Of a DNA stretch of 18,234 bases, positions 7,418 through 16,237 are shown one piece after another. The stretch covers positions 1 through 18,234 of the forward strand of contig CANQHE010000024.1 of NCBI GenBank assembly GCA_947623735.1. Direction: 5' to 3'. Source of the DNA: an uncultured Bacilli bacterium (lineage in GTDB: Bacteria > Bacillota_I > Bacilli_A > RF39 > UBA660). A program made the translations under genes and the position numbers. The first letter of the stretch is position 1, and each line of letters begins with the position of its first letter. Below the pieces are notes generated by a model. That model ran no database searches, had not been told where the DNA came from, and saw only the letters and a program-made list of their open reading frames with translations.

Positions 7418-8809
7418 ATGAATTTTGATATTGAATCAATAAAAAGAAAAATGCTTGTAAAATATCCTTTCTTTGGAAGTGTAGTAGCGAATGTAAACTA
7501 TAAAGAAAATAGAGAAATCCAAACAGCAGGTACTGATGGTCAAATAATTTATTATAATCCTGAATTTTTAGGAAAGCTTAAATCTGATGAGCAAGCTTTT
7601 ATATTTGCTCATGAAGTATGTCATATAGCTTTTGATCATATAAGAAGAAGTGAAGGAAAAGATCCGAGAGTTTGGAATATAGCAACAGATGGGGTAATAA
7701 ATCAATTTTTAAAACGAGATGGGATGAAACTTATTAAAGGGTGCATAGATATTAGTGATGCAATAAATTATGATGCAGAACAATTATATGAGAAATTGCT
7801 TAAAGAAAAGCAACAAAAACAAAAGCCAAAAGAAAAGAACTCATTATTTTCTAAACCAGGAGAAGGCGAGCAACAAAATGAAAATCAGTCCCGAGGGCAA
7901 GGATTATCATCTTCTAAACCAGAGCAACAGAGACAAGAGCAAAATTCTTCTGACGGATCAAATTCTCTTGATCGTCAAAATGAAGATGTAGGTCATGATA
8001 CTCATGGTATGTGGGAAGATGCTATAAAACGGCAAAAAGAAGCGGAATCGAAGGTTAAAGGTGAAGAACAAAAACAACAAGAAGAAAGATTACAGCAAGA
8101 AAAAGATAAAATTAGTGAGATGGGAGAGCAAAGGGCTTTTAATAAGAATTTGGTAGAAAAGAGAAAAGAATTAGAAAGGTTAAAGCAAACTTTATCTCAA
8201 CAAGCGATGGGGTCACAATCGGATGGAAGAGGGAGAATTATAAATGATATAGGAAAGTCTAACCCGATAATTGATTGGAGATATGTTTTAAGAAAGACAA
8301 TTCAATATGATGTTGATTGGTCTTATAAAAATGCTTATGTTGAGGATGGAGTTGTAAGGGCTACTTTAGAAGAACAACCAAGGGTCGAAACAGAGATTTT
8401 ATTAGATACGAGTGGTTCTGTCAATGAATTGTTACTTAAAAATTTTTTAAGGGAATGTAAAAATATTTTGCAATATTCAAAAGTAAAAGTTGGGTGCTTT
8501 GATACAGAGTTTTATGGATTTCATGAAATAAGAACTGAAGAAGATATTGATAATATGAAATTTGAAGGTGGAGGAGGAACTAACTTTAATGTGGCAGTTC
8601 AAGCCTTTACTAGAAGAGTAGAAAATAAAATAATATTTACTGATGGAACTTCAAGTATGCCTGATATTCCTATGGATGCTATATGGATTGTTTTTGGTGG
8701 AGCAGAAATTCATCCTAAAGGAGGAAAGGTAATACAAATAAGTAAAGAACAATTAAATAAAATGTGTTCTTATGAGCAAGATATATCTTATAAAGGAAAA
8801 AGTCGATAA
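7418..8809 (+). CDS. Metallopeptidase-like (HExxH, DUF2201_N-type) plus vWA (MIDAS) two-domain protein
   Basis: An AAGGA SD precedes the ATG at 7418, 10 nt after the previous stop. The N-terminal region YPFFGS...TAGTDG..IYYNPEF...FAHEVCHIAFDH contains HExxH at 7610-7624. A Q/E/K-rich low-complexity linker spans about 7790-8230. The C-terminal vWA-like domain has all MIDAS elements: LLDTSGS (DxSxS at 8405-8419), GGGGTNF and IIFTDGTS. Confidence 0.8.
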   Translation: MNFDIESIKRKMLVKYPFFGSVVANVNYKENREIQTAGTDGQIIYYNPEFLGKLKSDEQAFIFAHEVCHIAFDHIRRSEGKDPRVWNIATDGVINQFLKRDGMKLIKGCIDISDAINYDAEQLYEKLLKEKQQKQKPKEKNSLFSKPGEGEQQNENQSRGQGLSSSKPEQQRQEQNSSDGSNSLDRQNEDVGHDTHGMWEDAIKRQKEAESKVKGEEQKQQEERLQQEKDKISEMGEQRAFNKNLVEKRKELERLKQTLSQQAMGSQSDGRGRIINDIGKSNPIIDWRYVLRKTIQYDVDWSYKNAYVEDGVVRATLEEQPRVETEILLDTSGSVNELLLKNFLRECKNILQYSKVKVGCFDTEFYGFHEIRTEEDIDNMKFEGGGGTNFNVAVQAFTRRVENKIIFTDGTSSMPDIPMDAIWIVFGGAEIHPKGGKVIQISKEQLNKMCSYEQDISYKGKSR

Positions 8810-8856
8810 TAAAATGATATAAGGGATTAAGTTTTTTCTTTTTCCTTTTTTTGGTG

Positions 8857-8885
8857 TTTAAATCATATTATATTTGTGATATAAT
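8857..8885 (+). promoter_or_regulatory. Candidate promoter for ftsEX-M23
   Basis: Perfect extended -10 TGaTATAAT (8877-8885), with a weak -35 TTTAAA (8857-8862) at 17-nt spacing. The SD at 8903-8909 lies downstream of the predicted TSS. Confidence 0.5.
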
Positions 8886-8915
8886 GGTTATAGTATGCTA
8901 GTGGGAGGAAGTAGA

Positions 8916-9617
8916 ATGCGATTTATTCAAATCAAAAATTGTTATAAAGTATATAAAAATGGAGTTACAGCTATTGCCGATTTAACACTTAATGTTGATA
9001 AGGGTGAGTTTGTGTTTGTTATTGGTGCTAGTGGTTGTGGCAAGTCGACATTAATTAAAATGCTATATCGTGAAGAAAAGCCAACTAAAGGAGAAGTTTT
9101 AATTGGGGGAATAAGTGTTGGTAAACTTCGAAATAGGACTGTTTATAAACTTAGAAGAAAACTAGGGATAGTTTTTCAAGATTTTAAGTTGCTTCCAAAA
9201 CTTACAGTGTATGAAAATGTGGCTTTTGCCCTTGAATGTATAGGAATGAAGAGTAAAGATATTAGGCCTAAAGTTCTTAAAGCTTTAGAGCATGTTGGAT
9301 TAAAAGATAAAACAAGAAGTTTTCCTAGTGAATTATCAGGTGGAGAACAACAAAGAGTATGTATTGCCCGGGCGATTGTAAATGAACCGAAGTTACTTAT
9401 ATGTGATGAACCGACTGGTAATTTGGACCCTAAGACTTCAAAAGAAATAATGACTGTACTCGATACAATTAATAAAGATTTAGGAACAACTATTGTAATG
9501 GCGACTCATGATAGTGAAATAGTTAATCGTATGAAGAAAAGAGTTATCGTATTAGATAATGGAGTACTTGTAGAAGACCATATGAAAGGAAGTTTTAAGA
9601 TAAGTGAAAGTGTTTAG
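8916..9617 (+). CDS. ftsE: Cell-division ABC transporter ATP-binding protein FtsE
   Basis: The GGGAGGA SD (8903-8909) precedes the ATG at 8916. Motifs present are Walker A GASGCGKST, the ABC signature LSGGEQQR, Walker B LLICDEPTGNLD, and an H-loop ATHD. It is followed by ftsX. Confidence 0.92.
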   Translation: MRFIQIKNCYKVYKNGVTAIADLTLNVDKGEFVFVIGASGCGKSTLIKMLYREEKPTKGEVLIGGISVGKLRNRTVYKLRRKLGIVFQDFKLLPKLTVYENVAFALECIGMKSKDIRPKVLKALEHVGLKDKTRSFPSELSGGEQQRVCIARAIVNEPKLLICDEPTGNLDPKTSKEIMTVLDTINKDLGTTIVMATHDSEIVNRMKKRVIVLDNGVLVEDHMKGSFKISESV

Positions 9618-10497
9618 AATTATTGGAAGAAGTATAAGAGATTCTTTCAAAAGCGTTTTTAGAAATTTTAGCCTTAGTATGGCGAGTGTAATATGTACAA
9701 CAATAACTTTAGTGTTAGTGGCAATTGCGATTGTTTTAACGGTTAATGTTAATCATATTACGAAAACTATGGAAGAAGAGTTAACGATTGTAGTTTATGC
9801 TAAAAAAGGAACAAAAGAAGATCAAGTAAATGAATTAGAAAAAAAGATAAAAGAAATTAAAGGAATTAAAGAGGTAGTTTATAAAAGTAAAGAAGAGTGG
9901 AAATTAGAGATGAAAGAATACTCTGATACTTTAGAAGTTACACTTGATTATTTGGATAATAACCCTCTTTTAGATTCGTTTATTGTTAAAGTAAATGATG
10001 TTGAAGATTTAAGCCCGATTGCAAAACAAATAAAGAAGTTTGATGGGGTTGAAAGCGCTAATTATGGCGAAGGTATGGTCGAAGATATAATTGGAGTATT
10101 TAATGTGATTAAAACAGCAACATTAGTTGTAGTTGTAGCATTAGTTTTAGTAACAGCATTCTTAATTAGTAATACGATTAAACTTACAATATTTTCAAGA
10201 AGAAATGAAATTGAAATTATGAGATTAGTTGGAAGTAGTAATATATCTATTAAATTACCATTTATAATTGAAGGATTTTTACTTGGAATAGTTGGTTCTT
10301 TAATTCCAATTATATTGACGGTTTATGGTTATATTATTGCTTATGAAAAATTAGGTGGTAAAGTATCTTTTGGAGTTATAGAATTTGTTAAGCCAATGCC
10401 ATTTATATTATATACCGCGCTTATTTTAGTGGCGATTGGGTCAATAGTTGGTATGATTGGTTCATCAAGAGCGGTTAGAAAGTATTTGAAGATATGA
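9604..10497 (+). CDS. ftsX: Cell-division permease-like protein FtsX
   Basis: The GTG at 9604 overlaps the ftsE end by 14 nt, and the GTG at 9610 is an alternative start. The topology is one TM helix, an extracellular loop domain of about 110 aa, then three C-terminal TM helices (the FtsX fold). It ends in TGA, which overlaps the next start. Confidence 0.88.
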   Translation: MKVFRIIGRSIRDSFKSVFRNFSLSMASVICTTITLVLVAIAIVLTVNVNHITKTMEEELTIVVYAKKGTKEDQVNELEKKIKEIKGIKEVVYKSKEEWKLEMKEYSDTLEVTLDYLDNNPLLDSFIVKVNDVEDLSPIAKQIKKFDGVESANYGEGMVEDIIGVFNVIKTATLVVVVALVLVTAFLISNTIKLTIFSRRNEIEIMRLVGSSNISIKLPFIIEGFLLGIVGSLIPIILTVYGYIIAYEKLGGKVSFGVIEFVKPMPFILYTALILVAIGSIVGMIGSSRAVRKYLKI

Positions 10498-11690
10498 TGA
10501 AGAAAGTAATAGTAATTTTATTAGTGGCTTTTATTAGTAGTTCAATCTTTATAGGTAAAGTTAATGCCGCCGCGGAGACTTTGGGAGATCTTAGGAGGGA
10601 GTATGAATCTTTACTTCGCGAAAAACAGGATAATGATAATAAAAGTGCTGAGGCTAAAAATGAAATTGCGCAAAAACAAAGTCAGATAGCCCAAGCTGAA
10701 AAAGATTTAACAAAAGCTGAGGCCGACCAAAAAGATGCGGAAAAAGCAATTGAAGATTCCAATGATAAAATTGTATCTTTGAAAAAAGAAAGTGAAAAAG
10801 TTTTAATGTATATGCAACAAATTCAGGGCCAAAATGCTTATTTGGAATATGTAACAGGGGCTACTGATATGACGGAGTTAATTACAAGATTAGAAGCTGT
10901 AAAACAAGTAAGTGGTTATATTAGTACAACTGTGAGTGATTTGAAGACCGAAATTAAGAAAAATGAAGATTTAACCGAAGAATTAAAAGAAAAGCAAAAA
11001 AAATTAGATGCCGAAATTGAAAGATATAAAAATAAGATTGTAACTTTGACAGAGAGTGCTAATAGTTATGATAAGTTTGCTTTAGGAATTAATGATAAAC
11101 TTAAAGCCGCGAAAGATTCACTGGATGCGAATGAAAAAATTTGTCGCGAAAACTTAGGAAGAACTGATGATGATGTAAAATTATCAGAGTGTTCGAAAGT
11201 ACCGGTTAATGGAAGATGGATGATGCCTTTAACTGAAGGGATTATTACTAGTACCATTGGATGGCGATGGGGAAGTTATCATAATGCCTTAGATATTGGG
11301 GGAAACTGGGAAGGAACACCAGTATATGCGGCAGCATCAGGAACAGTTGCAAGTATATTATGGCATACAAGTTGTGGAGGTAATAGAGTTTATATATATG
11401 TAACAGTTGATGGAAAACAATATACAACTTTCTATTATCATTTACTTGAAATAAAAGTTAATGTGGGAGATATAGTTGACCAAAATACCGTAATTGGAAC
11501 AGTCGGGGGAGGAACAACTTCAACCGCTTATGGAGGATATGATGCTTGTACAACAGGGGCGCATCTCCATTATGGAGTAGCTGAAGGTTGGTATCCATAT
11601 CATGTGGGTGAAGGTTATGTTATTACACCACCAGGATTACCTAATTATGAAGGATATAGTTTTTCTTCTAGGCTTGATTTTTATCAATAA
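10494..11690 (+). CDS. Secreted coiled-coil / M23 (LytM) peptidoglycan hydrolase, an FtsEX partner of the EnvC/PcsB type
   Basis: The ATG at 10494 overlaps the ftsX stop. It has a signal peptide (KKVIVILLVAFISSSIFIGKVNA-AAE) and about 200 aa of coiled coil. The C-terminal M23 domain has intact metal ligands: HNALD (HxxxD), YYHL and GAHLHYG (HxH). Confidence 0.88.
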   Translation: MMKKVIVILLVAFISSSIFIGKVNAAAETLGDLRREYESLLREKQDNDNKSAEAKNEIAQKQSQIAQAEKDLTKAEADQKDAEKAIEDSNDKIVSLKKESEKVLMYMQQIQGQNAYLEYVTGATDMTELITRLEAVKQVSGYISTTVSDLKTEIKKNEDLTEELKEKQKKLDAEIERYKNKIVTLTESANSYDKFALGINDKLKAAKDSLDANEKICRENLGRTDDDVKLSECSKVPVNGRWMMPLTEGIITSTIGWRWGSYHNALDIGGNWEGTPVYAAASGTVASILWHTSCGGNRVYIYVTVDGKQYTTFYYHLLEIKVNVGDIVDQNTVIGTVGGGTTSTAYGGYDACTTGAHLHYGVAEGWYPYHVGEGYVITPPGLPNYEGYSFSSRLDFYQ

Positions 11691-11691
11691 T

Positions 11692-11727
11692 AAAAAACAT
11701 CTTATGAAAAAACGAAGATGTTTTTTT
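11692..11727 (+). terminator. Rho-independent terminator
   Basis: A stem pairs ACATCTT (11697-11703) with AAGATGT (11715-11721). It is flanked by an A-run and a T7 run. Confidence 0.7.
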
Positions 11728-11772
11728 CTATACAAATTAGAAAAAATAATATATAATTAAATAGGTGATTAG

Positions 11773-12177
11773 ATGGTAAGAATAATTAATGCTAAAAAAG
11801 GAGATATATCGCTTTTAATTGAGTATAAACTAAGAACTATTTTACCATTTGTTAGTGATAATAGAGAAAAGTTAAGAGTCATTAGTTATGTTAATAATTT
11901 TATGAGAGATAATTATAGTTTAGGATATATAATAAAAAAGAATTTTAAAGTTATTGGGGCATATTTAATCAAAGAAAAAGAATTAGATTTGTTATATATT
12001 GAAGAAAAATATCAAAATAAGGGAATAGGTAGAAAAGTAATAAACAAAATTAAAGAAGATATAGATATAATTAAAGTAAGAGAAGAAAATAAAAAAGCAA
12101 TTAATTTTTATGTTAAACAGGGGTTTAAAGTTAAAGATAAAAATAAAGATATTATAATATTAGAAATGAGGAGTTAG
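11773..12177 (+). CDS. Small GNAT-family N-acetyltransferase
   Basis: The AGGTGA SD (11762-11767) precedes the ATG at 11773. The acetyl-CoA-binding motif YQNKGIGRKVINKI (Q/RxxGxG/A) is present, and the C-terminal NKKAINFYVKQGFK is typical of GNAT. Confidence 0.8.
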   Translation: MVRIINAKKGDISLLIEYKLRTILPFVSDNREKLRVISYVNNFMRDNYSLGYIIKKNFKVIGAYLIKEKELDLLYIEEKYQNKGIGRKVINKIKEDIDIIKVREENKKAINFYVKQGFKVKDKNKDIIILEMRS

Positions 12178-12180
12178 GTA

Positions 12181-12936
12181 ATGAATGGTTTTTTAAAAAA
12201 GATTGCTCAAGATATGAAGATGAATGAAAGAGAATATACAAAAGAGGATTTTTATTATATTCTTAAGTATATAGGAGTAGAAAAAGATACTAGTTTAGAG
12301 AAAGATATTGAAAAGTTTTATAAAGATTTTGTGGGGAATTTAAGTAATTCTTTAGTTAAATATCAAGAAAGACAAGTAAAAAGTGGAGAGAATGCTACTT
12401 ATTATATTGCTTTTTATACAGATAAGAAAGCAGATTATAAGAAAGCGATTAAAGTTTATTTTCCGGCGAAATATGAATATACAATTAGTGCTTTAAAAAC
12501 AATATTTTTATACTTAATTAGAAATAATATTGCGAGTCAAGTTAAGTTTCATGTAAAAGCTACTAATGAAGCAATTGTTATTAGATTTTATGATGAAGCT
12601 GATGTTCTTCCGTTTATAAATTATTGTAATAATAGTTTTATTTTAAAAGATTTATTAGTGGATGTTCATCCTTTTATGGCAACGATGTTTGGAATTGGAA
12701 CAGTTAGAGATGATAATACGGTTAATACTTATAATGGGACTTTAAGTTTAATGTTAGAGGAATATTTTAAATTTTTAAAGGCTAATAATAGTTTAGATAA
12801 AGCTAGTGATTTAGATTTTTTAGATTATGTAATTAGAAGAGGAGAATTAGAGGAAAACGCGGCTTTAAAATTTGATATTAAAGCCATTCAAGATAGTATT
12901 AAAGCAATTTTAAATCATACAAGTATTCTCGGATAA
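12181..12936 (+). CDS. Hypothetical protein (251 aa)
   Basis: The GAGGAG SD (12168-12173) precedes the ATG at 12181, 3 nt after the GNAT stop. It has no TM segment or signal peptide, and I can support no catalytic motif. Confidence 0.6.
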   Translation: MNGFLKKIAQDMKMNEREYTKEDFYYILKYIGVEKDTSLEKDIEKFYKDFVGNLSNSLVKYQERQVKSGENATYYIAFYTDKKADYKKAIKVYFPAKYEYTISALKTIFLYLIRNNIASQVKFHVKATNEAIVIRFYDEADVLPFINYCNNSFILKDLLVDVHPFMATMFGIGTVRDDNTVNTYNGTLSLMLEEYFKFLKANNSLDKASDLDFLDYVIRRGELEENAALKFDIKAIQDSIKAILNHTSILG

Positions 12937-12945
12937 AAAAAGGAC

Positions 12946-12974
12946 TTGAAACTTAAGGCATCTAGTAGTAGAAT
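12946..12974 (+). promoter_or_regulatory. Candidate promoter for tilS-ftsH
   Basis: TTGAAA (12946-12951), a 17-nt spacer, then TAGAAT (12969-12974). The GGAGA SD at 12985-12989 lies downstream. Confidence 0.45.
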
Positions 12975-12995
12975 AATAGGGCATGGAGATATTAT

Positions 12996-14321
12996 ATGAA
13001 TAGTGTACTTAATTATTTAAAATCCTTATTAAGTGATGGTGATATTATAGTTGTAGCAATATCAGGAGGACCAGATTCAATGTGCCTTTTAGATTTGTTA
13101 TTAAAGGTAAGATTACATAAGGATATCAAAATTGTTGTTGCAAATGTTAATCATAAATTAAGAAGCGAAAGTGATGAAGAGTGCGAGTTTGTTGAAGAGT
13201 ATGCGAAAAAAAATAATTTAGATTATCAGTATATGGAAATAAAAGAGTATAATCATGATAATATTGAAAATGCCGCGAGAGTGAAGAGATATGAGTTTTT
13301 TAATAGTTTAATTAATAAATATCAAGCGAAATATTTAATGACCGCACATCATGGTGATGATTTAATGGAAACAATATTAATGCGGATGGTTAGAGGTAGT
13401 AGTCTTAAAGGTTATAGTGGTTTTAAAAAAGTTAGTGATATGGGTAGTTATAAAATAGTTAGACCTTTAATAGAACTTACTAAAGATGATATTGTTAGTT
13501 ATATGGATAAACATAATTTAAAATATTTTATTGATAAAACTAATTATACTTTAGATTATACGAGAAATAGATATCGCATCGAAGTATTACCTTTTTTTAA
13601 AAAAGAACAAAAAGATGTCCATTTAAAGTTTTTAAAGTTTAGTGAAGAATTAATAGAGGCGAGTAATTTTTTAGATAAGTATGTTAAAGAATTAGAAGCA
13701 AAATTTAAAACAAAAGATGGTTTAATTATTAAAGATATTCTAGAGTTAGATGATTTCTTAATAAAGAGAGTGATACAATATGAACTTAGTTTGATATATA
13801 CTAATGATTTATTTTTAGTAAGTGATAAGAATACGAAATTAATTATTGAACTTCTTAAAAGTAAAAAGAGTAATGGTTATGTTAATTTACCTAATGGGTA
13901 TGTAGCAATTAAAGACTATAAATTGTTTAGAATAGAACATAATATAAAAGAAAATAAATATCATTATATAATAGATGATATAGTTAAAATACCTAATAAA
14001 GGAATAATAAAAAAGATTAAGAGTAGTGATAGTAAAAGTAATTATGTAATAAGACTTAATAGTAAAGATATTAAATTACCCCTTATAGTTAGAAATAGAA
14101 ATAATGGGGATAAGATGGAAATAAAGAATTTAGGGGGAACAAAAAAGATTAAAGATATATTTATTGATGAGAAAGTTAGCTTAGGGAAAAGAAAGGATTT
14201 TCCAGTAGTAGTTGATAGTAATAATGTTATACTATGGCTACCTGGTGTAAAAAAATCAAAATTTGATGTAGAAAGATTAGGAAAATATGATATAATACTT
14301 TCATATGAGGAGGAAAAATAA
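12996..14321 (+). CDS. tilS: tRNA(Ile)-lysidine synthetase
   Basis: It has the N-terminal PP-loop [12 protein letters not shown] (SGGxDS), TAHHGDD, and a C-terminal TilS substrate-binding end (GDKM...[12 protein letters not shown]....R...PVV). It lies immediately upstream of ftsH, as in many Firmicutes. Confidence 0.92.
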   Translation: MNSVLNYLKSLLSDGDIIVVAISGGPDSMCLLDLLLKVRLHKDIKIVVANVNHKLRSESDEECEFVEEYAKKNNLDYQYMEIKEYNHDNIENAARVKRYEFFNSLINKYQAKYLMTAHHGDDLMETILMRMVRGSSLKGYSGFKKVSDMGSYKIVRPLIELTKDDIVSYMDKHNLKYFIDKTNYTLDYTRNRYRIEVLPFFKKEQKDVHLKFLKFSEELIEASNFLDKYVKELEAKFKTKDGLIIKDILELDDFLIKRVIQYELSLIYTNDLFLVSDKNTKLIIELLKSKKSNGYVNLPNGYVAIKDYKLFRIEHNIKENKYHYIIDDIVKIPNKGIIKKIKSSDSKSNYVIRLNSKDIKLPLIVRNRNNGDKMEIKNLGGTKKIKDIFIDEKVSLGKRKDFPVVVDSNNVILWLPGVKKSKFDVERLGKYDIILSYEEEK

Positions 14322-16213
14322 TGAATGTTAAAACAAATAAAAATAATGCAGTTAAAAGCTTTTTTCCATATTTAATATTATTTATTATTATTGGAGTTAC
14401 TCTTTTTGTTCTTAATATGGGTACTAATACCGTGAATGAACTTAAAACTGGAGAGTTAATTCAAGCTTTAAAGAAAGAAGAAGTAACTGAGATTAAAGTT
14501 ATGCCTAAGAGTAGTGAATCAGTTTACTATGTGGAAGGAAAACTTAAAGATTATAAGAAGAATGAAACTTTTAAAGTTAAAGTTGTAGAAGCCGAAATTG
14601 AGAATATCATTAATTATGTTAATGAAAAAGATATTAAAGAATATGATACAGAATCAGATCCGGGTTCTAGTCCAATATTATATATAATAGTTAATGTTCT
14701 TCCTTTAGTAGTATTTGTAGTTATTGCGTATATTTTATTTTCAAAACTTGCAAGTACTAATAAAGGTTCAATGGATTTTGGAAAGAGTAGAGCTAAACTT
14801 AGTGATGATAAACATCAAGCTAAATTTAGTGATGTAGCCGGACTTAAAGAAGAAAAAGAAGAAGTTAAAGAATTAATTGATTTCTTAAAAAATCCAAAAA
14901 GATTCCAAAAATTGGGAGCTAGAATACCTAAAGGAGTATTACTTGTAGGGCCTCCAGGAACTGGTAAAACATTACTGGCGAGAGCTGTTGCCGGAGAGGC
15001 AAACGTACCATTTTTCTATATTAGTGGTTCAGATTTCGTGGAATTATTTGTCGGAGTTGGAGCTAGTAGAGTTAGAGAAATGTTTAAAGATGCTAAGAGA
15101 AGTGCACCTTGTTTGATATTTATTGATGAAATAGATGCGGTAGGTAGAGAGCGGGGTACTGGTCTTGGTGGAGGTCATGATGAGAGAGAACAAACATTAA
15201 ACCAATTACTTACCGAAATGGATGGTTTTGGCGAAAATGAAGGAATAATCATTATGGCTGCGACGAACAGACCAGATGTCTTAGACCCAGCTTTACTTCG
15301 TCCAGGAAGATTTGATAGACAAGTTACCGTAAGTTTACCAGATGCCGATGAGAGAGAAGCAATATTAAAAGTTCATGCTAAAAATAAAATTTTAGGTAGC
15401 GATGTTAATATTAAGAACTTAAGTCTTAGAACGCCAGGTTTTAGTGGTGCCGATTTAGAGAATTTACTTAATGAGGCCGCATTACTGGCTGTTAGAAGAG
15501 GTAAAGATGCGATAAGCATGGATGAGATAGATGAAGCAACAGATAGAGTTTTAATGGGACCAGCAAAGGTTAGCAGGAAGATTACCGATAAAGAAAAAAG
15601 ATTGGTTGCTTATCATGAATCTGGGCATGCAGTTATTGGGATAAAATTAGAAGATGCCAATGAAGTTCATAAGATAACCATTATTCCACGAGGTATGGCT
15701 GGTGGTTATACGATGATGCTTCCAAGAGAAGAAAAGATTGCCATCATGACGAAAAAAGAGTTAGAAGCGCAAATTACCGGTTTACTTGGAGGCCGTGTGA
15801 GTGAAGAAATGTTCTTAGGAGAAGTAACAACCGGGGCGAGTGATGACTTTAAAAAAGCAACTAATATTGCGAGAGCTATGGTTACCGAATATGGAATGAG
15901 TGATTTAGGACCTGTGCAATATGAACAAAAATCCGAAGGAGTATTCTTAGGTCGCGATTATGGGAAAACGAAAAACTTCTCGGATAAAGTTGCTCATGAA
16001 ATAGATGAAGAAGTAAGAAAGATAGTTGAAGAGTGCTATCAAAAAGCAAAAAAGATATTAAAAGAAAATAAAGCTTTAGTTGATTTACTCGCGGATACTT
16101 TAGTAGAACATGAAACACTTACTAAAGAACAGATTGATGCTTTAGTGGCAACTGGGGAATATTTAAGTGAAGAAGAAGCCAAAGATAAAAAAGAAGATAA
16201 TAAAAAAGATTAG
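14321..16213 (+). CDS. ftsH: ATP-dependent zinc metalloprotease FtsH
   Basis: The ATG overlaps the tilS TAA by 1 nt (TAATG). It has two N-terminal TM helices, Walker A GPPGTGKT, Walker [10 protein letters not shown], an SRH region ([19 protein letters not shown]), and the zinc motif HESGHA. Confidence 0.97.
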   Translation: MNVKTNKNNAVKSFFPYLILFIIIGVTLFVLNMGTNTVNELKTGELIQALKKEEVTEIKVMPKSSESVYYVEGKLKDYKKNETFKVKVVEAEIENIINYVNEKDIKEYDTESDPGSSPILYIIVNVLPLVVFVVIAYILFSKLASTNKGSMDFGKSRAKLSDDKHQAKFSDVAGLKEEKEEVKELIDFLKNPKRFQKLGARIPKGVLLVGPPGTGKTLLARAVAGEANVPFFYISGSDFVELFVGVGASRVREMFKDAKRSAPCLIFIDEIDAVGRERGTGLGGGHDEREQTLNQLLTEMDGFGENEGIIIMAATNRPDVLDPALLRPGRFDRQVTVSLPDADEREAILKVHAKNKILGSDVNIKNLSLRTPGFSGADLENLLNEAALLAVRRGKDAISMDEIDEATDRVLMGPAKVSRKITDKEKRLVAYHESGHAVIGIKLEDANEVHKITIIPRGMAGGYTMMLPREEKIAIMTKKELEAQITGLLGGRVSEEMFLGEVTTGASDDFKKATNIARAMVTEYGMSDLGPVQYEQKSEGVFLGRDYGKTKNFSDKVAHEIDEEVRKIVEECYQKAKKILKENKALVDLLADTLVEHETLTKEQIDALVATGEYLSEEEAKDKKEDNKKD

Positions 16214-16237
16214 TTTGTTTGAGCTAATCTTTTTTTA
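16203..16237. terminator. Bidirectional rho-independent terminator shared by ftsH and the convergent RHH gene
   Basis: A stem pairs AAGATTAG (16206-16213) with CTAATCTT (16224-16231) around a 10-nt loop. An A-run lies 5' and a T-run 3', so either strand reads as a hairpin followed by U-run. It overlaps both stop codons. Confidence 0.7.

Noticed and set aside
7770-7991. 73-aa same-strand alternative-frame ORF inside the peptidase-vWA gene
   Set aside because: It falls in the A-rich low-complexity linker region, where any frame stays open. It has no SD and a Lys/Asn-rich translation. The main frame connects two recognisable domains.
8792-8852. 11-bp perfect stem pairing AAAGGAAAAAG (8792-8802) with CTTTTTCCTTT (8838-8848), followed by a T-run, as a possible terminator of the cassette
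   Set aside because: The loop is 35 nt, and both arms are homopurine or homopyrimidine low-complexity sequence that pairs by chance in this DNA. I cannot call it a terminator, so the 3' end of the cassette transcript is undefined.
11066-11257. 63-aa antisense ORF inside the M23 gene
   Set aside because: It is a shadow ORF opposite a well-supported CDS, with no start-site signals.
14300-14340. tilS runs directly into ftsH, with a 1-nt overlap and no hypoxanthine phosphoribosyltransferase gene between them as in Bacillus
   Set aside because: This is gene-order variation among Firmicutes. Nothing in the sequence indicates a deletion scar or pseudogene remnant.
15882-16118. 78-aa antisense ORF inside ftsH
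   Set aside because: It is a shadow ORF opposite the highly conserved FtsH protease domain, with no start-site signals.
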